A DNA stretch of 63,824 nt, the filler included, from Vezdaea acicularis (lineage: Eukaryota), in assembly GCA_026025075.1 (NCBI GenBank). It is 6 parts of 6 records of this genome, joined end to end, with 100 filler letters (N's around TTAATTAATTAA, not from the genome) between each part and the next. Parts side by side here need not be neighbours in the genome. Positions count along the whole stretch, not along the records: positions 23,314 to 34,350 come from JAPEUI010000255.1; positions 34,451 to 45,136 come from JAPEUI010000256.1; 4 more parts are not named here. One strand, written 5' to 3'. The stretch's first letter is position 1. Each line of letters begins with the position of its first letter. Below are positions 28,058 through 39,521 of this stretch, one piece after another. The position numbers were made by a program, and so were the translations under genes. The notes below the pieces were generated by a model that had not been told where the DNA came from, made no database searches, and was given only the letters and a program-made list of their open reading frames with translations.

Positions 28058-31000
28058 ATGGCTTCCAACGGCCGCGAGGATGACTTTGCCTTCATGGCGC
28101 AAGCCCTCCCTACCCCCACCGATACGCCTTATAGGACACCGGCACGATCGAGGTCGAGGCATTCCTCTCACAATGGCAACGGATCGCCCATCTCCTCCTC
28201 CGCGGCACCATTGCCATCCGGTGCGGTGTCCAAAGACCCCGTGCTCGATGATATGCTCTCCTTTCGGGATCCGAGAAGATTCACGCCCACGTTACATGCC
28301 AACCTGGTCAATGCGATCTTGAATCTCCGCCGCGAGATAGAGGATAGAGATCAGATCATTGAAGACATGGAAACGAGCTTGCACAACCAACGGGCAGATT
28401 ATGAGATCCTTAGTGATGAGTTGAACAAGGATGGCAAGGAGAAGCGGTCCTTGCAACGTCAGTTGCGTTTGCTGGAAGGTGGTACCTCCTCGGCTCTCGG
28501 AGAACTGGCTCGAGAACGCGATGAGGCCGTCGATAGTCAGACTGAGATCAAACGCCGACTGGAGGCGTCGCAGAAGAAAGTGCGGTCACTGGAAGAGTCG
28601 GCGGACCGAACTCAGATGCTGTGGGAAAAGGACAAAGATAGCTGGGACAACGAACGACGGGGGATGGAACGCAAGGTCCACGCCGCGGAAAGTCGCATGA
28701 AGAAGATGCTGGAGGAGGTGACTGCTCACCATGCAGCGGTAGACGCCCGGAATCAGACCCAGATCCCTGGCGTGGACAGTGAAGCTGAAGAAGCCGCTAG
28801 GGACAGCGGGTTTGGCCATGACAGCGAGACGGGTAGTATCAAGTCCGTCAGCTTGAATAAGAAGAGGCCGCAAAGTTCGACGTCGACCGAGGGCGATTTC
28901 TCGAATGCACGAAATTCTCGCTATTCCAGTCTGAACGGCATCAACGGCTTCGGTGGAGCCAAGGCGCACGGGCTGAGTCTCGCAGATGAGTTGGATTTCG
29001 ACGAAGAGGACGAGGATCACCTCGACGAGACCGAAGAGCTGGCCACGATCGAAGAGGCGACAGTCACCAAGTACATTGACGCCGGCATCCAGTTCTCAGC
29101 ACCTCCCTCGCCGCAGCTTCGACCTTCCACACCAGCCATGGCGCGCGTCGAGAGCCACGATGAGAGGCCGAGCTCCGTCTCTGAAAACGAGCCAAACCAG
29201 AGTCGAAAGCGCGTGTCGATGGCACCAAGTGCCCTGGATCAACTGAAAGGCCTCACCAAGACGCAAGTGCCGACGCTGATGGTATCTTCATCCTCTCAGA
29301 CGCTCGAGCAGCCAGCTGCCGCCGCAAGGACATCAAGGCCGCTTTCGCCAGAGGACCTCTCCTCTCCGGTGCAGCCTCCTGTATGTATCGAAACGAAGTC
29401 GGTGTCGACGCAAACAGACGCAGCCGAGATTGCACCGCCAAAACGCGCAGCCCCACCAACCCCAATCCCGATCCCCTCCATTGCAGTATACCCCCCGACG
29501 TCCGCGCCGACCACTCCAGGGGTGCCGCTGCTGCCAGTGCGAACGCAAGATGCGGCCTGCCAGGTTTCGATGCCAGCGTCGCAAGTCCCGATGCGGTCGA
29601 CTTCCGTGCAAACGGAGGAGATCAGGGTCCCGAAGCGAATGGTGATCCTTCCGCCGAACCTCCAGCCCTCCGCCATCTCCTCCTCGCCCCCGGCTCCAGA
29701 GTCCCGGCGGTCGGGTAGCCCTACTCAGCGACGCAAGATTGCCCGAGGCAGCCGGCAACAACGCCTGTCGAATGCACCTCCATCATCACCACCGCCTCCC
29801 GCCGCTGAAACGGAGGATGCATATCCCGGCCATAACGATAACGCGTTCCCCGCAGCAGAAAAGACGTCTAGATTCAAGAGACCTTTCCGGAAGAGCAGCT
29901 TGTTCACGGCCGGATTCGATCGCTTGGAATTCCCGAGCTCGGATGAGGTCGACGAGTTTGAACCTGAAGTCAGCGACAGCGACTATCGGACACCACTCTC
30001 GGCGCCGAAGCCTCGACGACGACAGTCGAAACGGCTGTCCAGCCCGCCCAAGTCCGTCCCTGAGGATGAGGAGCCCGTGACGAAGTTCGGATCGAATGGG
30101 TCGAATGCTTCGTTCAGCTTGAAGTTCGGTGCGGCGAAGAACGATCTCCCCACCACGTCCAAGGCAGGGGCTGCATCGGCTCGACAGCAATCCAAGTCGA
30201 AGCAGCTTGAAAAGCCCGGGACCGCCACCATCATCAAGCAGCCCAACATTCGCAAGTCCGCGCTCATCTCGAGCGGAGCCGCCGCGCACTCGCAACGCGC
30301 GAGGAGTCCGAGCCTGGGAGAGATCTTTGCGAATGGTATCAACATGCCCAGTCTGAAGCAGCCGATTGCTCCGTTCCCAATCCCGACTCGATCGAGCTCG
30401 AGGAACGTCCCGTGGGGTTCGAGCGACGGCACCCATAGTCCCCAGAGCGGGAGCGCCTTTATCCTCTCTGGATATCGCAACTCCGGTCGAGACAATGGCA
30501 GAGAAGGCAGCCTTCGCAAGGTGAGGTCTGCGGCCGCTATTCCGCAGAGCGGCCGGCGCGACAGAACCAAGAGAAGCCGGTCTCCGCCACCGCTGTCCGT
30601 GTCGTCGTCACTCGCTCCCGACAGCCCGCAACTGCCGCCCATGCCCAAGGACGAGATTACGAACCCGCGGTATGCACACGGGCGACATCGGGAGGGGCAC
30701 CGGCCGCAGGCATCGACAAACACGTCGAATACTGGAGGAGCGTCTCTGAGCAGCTCGACGAACCAAGTCTCGGTCGTCGACGCGATCGCGCAGACGATGG
30801 TGGGCGAGTGGATGTACAAGTACACGCGGAGAAAGAAGTCATTTGGCGTGTCGGATTCGCCCAAGGCCAATTGGGAAGGCCAGAATGTGGAGGATGTCTC
30901 GGCGAATATCACGGGCAACGGCGTTCGTCACAAGCGGTGGGTCTGGCTTGCTCCGTACGAGCATGCGATCATGTGGAGCAGCAAGCAGCCCACGACCGGA

Positions 31001-32102
31001 CCTGCCCTGCTGGGCAAGAGTGGTCGAAAGCGTAAGTTTGAAGCAGCATCTTGTCGTTTGGCATCAAACTAACAAAAGACACCTAGTGGTCATCCAGTCT
31101 GTTCTGGACGTGAAAGACGATACCCCCGCACCAAGAGGCGCTTCCCCTCTGTTTGGTAGATCCATCCTCATCCTGACGCCTGCCCGGGCGCTCAAGTTCA
31201 CGGCGACATCCCGCGAACGCCACTACCTCTGGGTGCAAGCTCTATCCTTCCTCGCGCTCACCTCTCAAGGCCCCGCCAACGACCTCGCCACGCTGCCCCC
31301 CCTCCCCCCTCAACCCAGTTCTTCCACCCCAGACTTCGGCCCGGCCCCTCCACCCCCCCCAACCGCCAGTCTCCGCCGCAACCCCATCCGCGACAGCATC
31401 CGCATCGCCAAGGGCAAACCCCGCCCGACCCCCGCCGACCGCTTCCAGCAGCCCAGCGCCATCCAAGAAGTCGATTTCACCTACGGCGGCGGCTTCGACG
31501 ACCCCATCTCAAGCGCGGCCGAACCGCCAATCGTCCCCCGCTTCTCGTCCGCCCATCACGGCCACGGCCGCAAACGCTCCAACACCGGCCCCCGCGAGCT
31601 CCCCCGCTCCGCCTTTCGCCATCTGGCCTCCTACCCGCTCCCCTCCGCCAACACCAGCGTCGGTACCTTCACCACTTCGTCCGCCGACATGCACGTCGGT
31701 GGTGGTAGTACCAGCAATTACGGCAGTAACAACAGCACCCACGCCGCAGCCGCGAGCTATGCCACCAACCACCACGCCGGTCTCCACAGCGGCCAAAGCT
31801 CCATCTCCGGCCGACGCACCTCCGAAGCCACCAGCGGCAGCGTCATGGGTCACCCCCGCGGCATCGGTGGCGGTGGGACCGAGAATTTCTTCGACGCCGT
31901 CGGCACCGTGCGCATGGAAGCTTTCGTCAGCCGTACCGCCGCGGGGTTTGATCCGCATATCGATGAGTTTGCCCGTGATCGCACCAGAGGAGGGGGGAGG
32001 AGGGCGGTAACGGCTAGTCCCGGGGGGTTGGGACTTTTTCCTAGTGGGCCCCTGGATAGTCATCCCGCCTGGGAGAGGGAGGATCCGTTTCGTGGGTTTT
32101 GA
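28058..32102 (+). CDS. Coiled-coil plus C-terminal Mcp5/Num1-type PH domain cortical protein (Num1/ApsA-related)
   Basis: N-terminal coiled coil, long S/P-rich region, AIAQTMVGEWMYKYTRR..RHKRWVWLAPY..WS. Intron 31032-31086 leads to SILILTPARALKFTATSRERHYLW. Confidence 0.8.
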
Positions 32103-33788
32103 TGAGAGGGGGGTGGGGTGAGGCGCGTTGGGGGTGGTAAGCTGTTGGTAGAATGGAGGATTGTTAGGTGTAGGTTGTGAGATCGCTGGGCCATGGCTGT
32201 TTCATGCACTGTGTATCCGCTATAACAGACGGACGGACAGACAGGACTTCAGGGCAAAGAGCGAGAGAGCTCCGTCTTTCACTTGTACTTTATCTGTCTT
32301 CCCCCTCCCTCCCTCCACCTCGGTCCGGGAAGCTTATGTTTGTCCTGCCCACGAGGTTCGGGTTGGACCTATCAGTGAGAAGGTGGGTTGGGGCTATGTA
32401 CGCCTCCTCTGCCTCCGCTGTTGTTGTTGGTTCTTGTCTGGGAGGAGGAGGGGTTAGGTGTAGGTGTAGCTCTAGATTCACCTGTATGGATAATCGATCT
32501 AATCCACCTCGTTTGTATCATATTATTCCACTTTCGATGTGCGTCTCAAGGGGGTGGGAGTGAGTGAGTGAGTGAGTGAGATGTGAGGATATGAGAATGT
32601 AAGGATATGAGAGGATGTAGGTGTCTCTCTTGGATATGATATGTATCGTCGTCGGTCGTCGTCGTCGTCGTCGTCGTCGTCGTTACTGTTGACGATATGT
32701 AACGAGGTATCAAGTAAGTAACCTAATGGCCGCGAAGCGAAGGGAGGAAGGGAGCGTAACAAGCAAGCAAGCAAGGGTGGGTAATGAGTAACGAGTAATC
32801 CCTGATTCCATCTCCTTTTCTCGCTTTCTCCCTTTCTCCCTTTCTTCCTTTCTCCCATCCCTTCCCATTCTCTCATTTCCTTTCTCCCTTATCCCACCAA
32901 GGGACCTGAGAACCCTCCTCTCTTCTCCCCAGCCTTCTCTCCCACCACCTCATCCTCTCCCACCACCACCACCACCTCCTGCTGCTGCTGCTACTCCAAT
33001 TCTCGAAGCCCCCCCCCCGGCTTTTTCCTCCTGGGGGAAATTGGGAATTGGGAATCCGGGGGATGGATTACACGGATGGACTGTTGTTGTGGGTGGTTGA
33101 GACTTTTCTCTGGGATGGGGAGGGAGAGGGGAGGGTGAGTCTGGGGGTGGTACTGGCTGTTTGATTCATACTTCCATCCTTCGTTGACGGATGGATGGAT
33201 GGGTGGGGGTTCAGCAGATCCTCCCCCCTCCCCCCTTTTTTTCCTGAGGCGGTAGGAGAAGAGGGCTCACGCTGTACACCTCTCACACCCTCAAGATCTG
33301 CACTGTAGATAGAAGTAGACAACTCATTTCCGATAGCTTGTCTTGCCTAGTTAACTCCCTTATTCTCTGGACAACGCGTATGCTCGTCATATCTATCCCC
33401 CTAATTCTACCCCCACCCACCTCCCTACCCCCTAGCATCGGCGCTACAGCTCTCTGCTCCTCCTGTACACCGAGAGGTTACCCCGTAGATACCGCGAAGA
33501 CGGTCTCCTGGAGGAAGAACATCTCTTGATCCGCTCACTCAGAGGAAAATACTGGCCAAGAAGCCCGTCCACAGCTGTCTTCTACAGGACTGCTTAAGCT
33601 ATTGTAGGAGCTGTGGAGTGATGCCGTGGACGTGCTCGTCACAGCTCCATAAGGACCGACGTTGCCATGGAAGGCGCTTTCCCGGTCAGGCGGGGGGGGA
33701 GGGGGGCAAGGCCGGTAGCTGCCCGGCCTCGCCAAACGGAGAGGGCAGGGTGAGCCCTAATCAGACTCCCGCACGCACACACGCACAC

Positions 33789-33789
<1 letters not shown>

Positions 33790-33850
<61 letters not shown>
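33790..33850. repeat. Homopolymer C30-A-C30
   Basis: Counted directly from the sequence. Confidence 0.9.
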
Positions 33851-33853
<3 letters not shown>

Positions 33854-34350
33854 CACAACAGCGTGTGAGCAAGGCCAAATCAGTGAGAAGCTCCCACCAC
33901 TTTCCGTATAGACTGAGTTCGAGATAAAAAGCAAGCAGAGTTCTGTGTGCTTGAGAAATTAAAAGTATAATCAAAAAGGAAAGGGTCATGGAAAAGCTTA
34001 GTAGGTCACACTACTAACTGAATTAAAGGAGACAAGACGGTGCCAATCACGCGGTAACCACGTTCGATAGCGGCATCGACGAAAAAGAGTAAAGAGAAGG
34101 AGAATACTGAAAGTTTTAGTATTCGGTGGCATCATCAGAGTAAGTCTAATGAGCGTACAGTTCTTGTCACCGTGCCTGGCTCGGTGAGCTTCACTGCGCA
34201 GAACACTGGTTCCGTGATAAACTAAGTCTGCACTCCACTTATGCTCGTTTTCTCTGGAGAGGGCAGCGATATGCATCCCTCACCGAATAGAATACGTGAA
34301 AAGATATACTAACCGGCGTATACGAAACACAGAAATCAACTAGTCAAGAG

Positions 34351-34450
34351 NNNNNNNNNNNNNNNNNNNNNNNNNNNNNNNNNNNNNNNNNNNNTTAATT
34401 AATTAANNNNNNNNNNNNNNNNNNNNNNNNNNNNNNNNNNNNNNNNNNNN
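34351..34450. other. Artificial contig linker
   Basis: 44N-TTAATTAATTAA-44N. Confidence 0.99.
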
Positions 34451-35131
34451 CTCTCTTGCGCGCGCGCTGCATCCGCAACGCCCAATACGCCGCCGCGGAG
34501 GTGAAGCGAGGTGAAGTGAGGTGAAGTGAAGCACGCCGGTGCTCGTCCGTCCATCCTCGCTCTGCCCTCTGCCCTCTGCCCTCTGCTTTCTGCCCTCTTA
34601 CTCCTCACACATCTCCCCCTCTCTCTTCCACCCCCCCGGTCCGCCCGGCGTTTCCAGTCCTCCTCCCCCCCCGGCTCTGACACCCGCTTAGCTCGACTGC
34701 CCACTGGCGCCCTAAGAGAGCGAGAGACGGCTGCCCACCGCCCGCCGCCCGCCCATGCTGCTCGTATAACTTATATACCTCCCGCGCGCCCGCCACCGAG
34801 AACCGCCATCGTGTCTCCCCCCCCTCACCGTGACCGTTGCGCTGGGTTTCCCGTGAATTCGAACAGAAGAGTGCGACTTGCTCGTGTCTTTGCTGGCCCC
34901 GGCCGTTCCTGCCGCAAAAGTCGAGAAGGCCAAGTTCGTATCCGCATCACTCGCGCGACCCCTCCACCCTCCTCCAACTCCTCGAACCGCCAGACGAACA
35001 ACTTCTTCTTTCTTTCTCGTCAACACTCGACCTTCCTTCCAACCTTTCTCACCACACACCGCGACAACCACCGAACATCGACGACAACAAGCTTTGCACG
35101 GGATCAATCGTGCTCGCGACGGTCAGGAAAA

Positions 35132-37030
35132 CTGGCTTCGGACCCGAACAACGTCGCCGTCGTCGTCGTCGAGACCTCGTCCGGCCCGGGCATCTTGCCG
35201 ACTCCACGGCCTAGCCCCTCTGAATCACCGCAACAACCCCCATATATAGCCACGATAGAGGGCCCCGCAGGCAGGCCGTCCGGTGTCCGTCTGGCCGTGA
35301 CCGGTCTGAGTGACGTGAGCCGGGACCGGCCGAGCTCGACCTCCTCCGGCGACACGTCCGCCACCCCGCGCGACGCTTCCTCCGTCTCGCCCTCCGTCAC
35401 CGAGATCTCCTCCGCCGGCACCCGTCGATCCTATCAATCCATCGTCCTCACCCCGACCCCCGACCTGCCGCCGCAGCATTTCGCAAAGGGCGAGTCGATG
35501 GCCGAGAACCGCGAGGCGTCCGAAGCCAGGCCGACCGAATCCCCGGCCTCACGCTTCACCGCCGTCAACGGGCGAGAAGCGCAGACCTCCGCGCCAGCGT
35601 CGAACGGCATCTCCTCCTCCACGTCCCGCCGCACGTCGGGAGAGCAGGCGCGAGCGCGGAGCCGGCCGCAGAGCCCTCCAGCGCGCGCGTTGGATCCACC
35701 GTCGGCGACGCAAGACTGGGCTCTGCGCTCATCCAACAACAGTGACCCTCGCGGCAGCGTCTCGGGGTTGATCAACCACCCGCAGCCCAGCAGCCCCGCC
35801 AAGAGGAAATGGTCCGGCTCTCACGAGCAAGCCGGCGCCCAACCCTTTCACACCCATCAGTTACCGAGGAGTCCGAGAGGAAGCCAGTATCCCAGCGTGG
35901 ATTCGGCGATGCACGGCACCGACGACCCCAAGACGACAGGCCATACATCGTCCGAGGCCGGTCCGAAGCGTGGGGAGCATCAAGGACCGCGCCACGCGGA
36001 CGACTTGCGGCCGTCGACGTCGGCAGCAGCGACAGAGATGGACTACTACGGAAGACCCCCATATCACTCGCGGCCTTCTACTCCAGGAGGCGTCGCTCAT
36101 TCCGATGCCCAGCTTGCGGAAGCGCTCCAACGCGAATCGCAGAGCCTCGATGCGACGCAGGGAAAGCGGGACGAGAGCTTCGACGTCGAGGACGACGACG
36201 ATTCGCGCAGTTCGGCGCAGCGGGCGACGGATTACGCCAGCGAGAGGACGCCGGGCGGCGGCGCGCAGGTCGACCATAAGCGCCGGAAACGCGTCTTTAG
36301 CAACCGGACGAAGACGGGTTGTCTGACTTGCCGGCGGCGGAAGAAGAAGTGCGACGAGACGAAGCCGGAGTGTGCGTATATATCTTTTCTTGAGTGCCCG
36401 CCAATTTTTGTTTTTTTCGGTCTTTCTAACTTGTGTGTGTGTGTGTGTTTTCAGGCAACAACTGCATTCGAGGGGGTTTCGTCTGCGAGGGCTACAGCTC
36501 GCGGGTGGAGTGGCAGAAATCGGGCAGCAGCAAGCCGCCGGTGCCCCTCCAGGCCAAGGACGGCGAGGTCCAGGGAAGCCCGGCGTCGATATCGCCCAGC
36601 CAGCACGCCCAACACCTGTCGAACGGTACGCCTGCGGGCGCCTCGAAACGGGATGCCCAAGAATCGCCCGTGTTCCGTGGTCTCCAACCGGCCGGCAGCG
36701 GACACGGCGCCAGTGGACACGGCGCCAGCGGTCGACCCATCGTCGTCGACGAAGAACAACAACCACAACGAGCCGCGGCCATCGTCAGCCCGGACCGCAA
36801 ACACCAACCCGCGGCGTGGGGCAAGGCGAGCTGGCCCAGCTCCGCCAAATCGCCCTTTCCGCACGAGCAAGCGCTGCGAGCAGACTACCCGCGCGCGCCG
36901 CCGCTGCACAACATCCGCACCGACCAAGAAGGTGGCGCCGTCGCCGCCGTCGCCAGCACGCCTCAATCCGCCGTCTCGCACCGCTCCCTCCTCCACCCCT
37001 CCCACAGCGGCAGCAGTCCCCAGACGCCTC

Positions 37031-37061
<31 letters not shown>

Positions 37062-37916
37062 GCATCAAGCCCAGGCTCAGATCCAAGCGCAAGCCCAACT
37101 CGCCCTCCAACAACACCAGGCCGCCTCCTCCTCCCTCCGCGCCCGCCCCCGCACCGAAAAGGAGAAGATGCTCGAGGGCCAACTCTACTTCGCCGCCGAC
37201 GCCGTCCTCGTCGCCGAGCGCAAACGCTGCAAGGCCGCCTGCTGGCGCTTCAACAACTGCGACAACCCCAGCATGGACGTCAGCGACGAAGAGCGCGCCC
37301 GCCTCTTCCGCAAGATCCTGCAGCCCGACGATGTCGTCTCCAGTAGTAGTGGTAACAGCGGAGGCGGTAGCGGCGGGGGTAATACGCTTCGCCCGGCCTC
37401 CCCCTCCGGCCAGGTCGGCGACCACGTCGTCGTCGAGGCCCCCCTCAGCTGCGACTACGGCTACAACATCAACATCGGCGACGACGTCCTGATCAAAGAC
37501 CACTGCACCATCATCGACACCTGCACCGTCAGCATCGGCAAGCGCTGCATCCTCGGGCCCAACGTCAGTCTGTACACGGCCACGCTGCCAATCGACCCGC
37601 GTCGCCGGGCTGGTAGCCAGGGACCGAGCATGGGCCGCGGCATCACCATCGAGGATGATTGCTGGATCGGTGGGGGGGTTACCATTTTGTAAGTTTCTAC
37701 CTCCCCTCACACCTTTTGTCGTAATACCACCCCATAGAAGACTAATTTCTTGTTTTTTGCGTGGATCATAGACCAGGCCTGACCATCGGCCGCAGCTCCA
37801 CCGTCGGCGCCGGCTCGGTCGTTACGCGCGACGTCCCTCGCTTTACTGTTGTTGGCGGCAATCCGGCGCGCGTCATTAGGGGCATCTATCGGGATGCGGC
37901 TGATCAGGGGCCGTAG
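35132..37916 (+). CDS. Zn(II)2Cys6 transcription factor fused to a C-terminal maltose/galactoside O-acetyltransferase-like (LbH) domain; start is candidate CTG 35132 or first ATG 35498
   Basis: Exons ..36371, 36455-37688, 37772-37916. Zinc cluster [33 protein letters not shown]; poly[43 protein letters not shown]. The start codon is less certain than the product. Confidence 0.9.
37030..37062 (+). repeat. (CAA)10CAG coding microsatellite (polyQ11)
   Basis: Read directly, in exon 2 of the Zn2Cys6 gene. Confidence 0.9.
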
Positions 37917-38217
37917 CTTGGAGGATAAGTCATACCTCACCTCATTTGTATGTGATTGCGTGGGAGGACTGAGTCGAATGGACGGGTTCATCCCTTTTTC
38001 TCTGCATTTCTGTTTCTTGTTTATGGGTGGTAATGGCTTGACTCGGCTAGGGCTCGGATTGGGCTTGATATACCATCCTGCATGATGCACGGTGCATGGA
38101 ACATGGAAGTACGCACGCATGGAACTATCCAAACACGAAAGCTAGGCGGGTTTTGTACATGCCATTATGTCTCATCATCCTCATCCTCCTTTCCCCCCCC
38201 GGTCTGGCCGGCTCAAG

Positions 38218-39135
38218 GGGAGTGGAGTGGAGTGGAGTGGAGTTGGAAAGGGGCTGGGAGGAGTGGAATGGAGTGGAGTCCTCGTGGGTTAATGAAATGG
38301 AGTATACGATGAGAGATGAAGACTGGAGGACGAATGAAAGGGGAAGCTGGATGGAGGGGGTGGGTGGGGATAGTATATCCCATCACAGAGCATAGCATCA
38401 CAGAGCATATCATAGCATAGCATAGCGTAGCATAGCATAGCACATAGCCTTCACGCAGACCTCTGTCTGGCTGGCTGCTATAACAGCGGATAGTCAGTAA
38501 GAACCAGAACCAGAACAAGAAATAGAAATAGAAATAGAAATTAAATCACCCGTCACGAATATCATGAGCTCGTGCACCGCTGTGTAAGGCTGCGCGGAGG
38601 AAGACAAAAGCGGGGGAGGGGGGGGGGGGGGGGGGGGGGGGGGGCGGTTCGGTTTATCTGGGAGGTTTGAGTTCTCTCTCTCTCTTTCTTTGTCTGTCGT
38701 CTATTTATCTATTCGTTCATCCATCCATTCACATCGTCTCCACCCCTCTCCTCCTATCCTATCCTATCCTATCCTATCCTATCCTATCCTATCCTATCCT
38801 ATCCTATCCTATCCAGTCATATCTCACAACCATCTCTCTTCCCTCCCCCCTTCTCAACAAATCCACTTTCCCCTCTATCCCCCCGGGGCTTTAACATTTC
38901 TTCCTTCCAGTCCCCACCCATCTCCTCTCTTCCTCTCTTCCTCTCTTTCTTTCTCCGTCCTTACATCTTAGTCGGCATGTTTCTGATACCATACCTCATA
39001 CCATACCATACCTCTCTCTCTCTATACATTCTTCACGTTCCCTACTTTCACGCGCGCTGTCTCTCTCTTTACGCGCCTTAGTTTGGTCCGGTCCGGTCTG
39101 GTCTGGTCTGGTTTAGTTTCGTCCAGTCCAGTCTG
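38218..39135. repeat. Dense simple-repeat cluster between convergent genes: (GAGTG)n, (CATAG)n, (GAAATA/GAACCA)-like, G27, (CCTAT)12, (CATAC)n, (GGTCT/GTCCA)n
   Basis: For example G-run 38618-38644 and (CCTAT)12 at 38753-38812. Confidence 0.9.
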
Positions 39136-39521
39136 TTTTTCTGAACTCTTATCCCCTCTGACTCTCAGTCCATTCCATACCGCTCAGTTTTTCCGGTTCG
39201 TGCGGCGATAGGAGCTGGGCGCTCGTTTCTTCCCTTTCCCGGAATCCCGGAATACAGGAATACAGGAGGTTGCCTGTTGGTGGCTAATTCTTTGGGTTTA
39301 CTTTGGCGCTTGGGATTTGAATTGGTTTGGTTGCTTGTTCGATTTCTGGGTTTTCTTCGTCTTCTCTTTTGTCTTGTTCTTATACTCCTTCTTCTTGTTC
39401 TCGTTCTTCTGGTGAGGAAGGAGATCGCGAGAGTTGATGGGGAATTGTAGTATTCTATTCCACCACCTCCTCTCTCCGCTCCCACCAACCCCTCAATTCC
39501 CTCTCCCTTTCAAAAAACCAC

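Noticed and set aside
33848..33854. CCCTAAC resembling a telomere repeat
   Set aside because: A single unit created by the poly-C end; no array.
34140..34332. Possible intronic C/D snoRNA
   Set aside because: No good RTGATGA/CTGA box pair or terminal stem.
34526..37492. 988-aa ORF as a single protein
   Set aside because: It reads through intron 36372-36454 into the wrong frame; only the spliced model completes the six-Cys cluster.
36451..37710. 419-aa antisense ORF (likewise 55869-56888 and 22486-23184)
   Set aside because: In-register shadows of GC3-rich genes.
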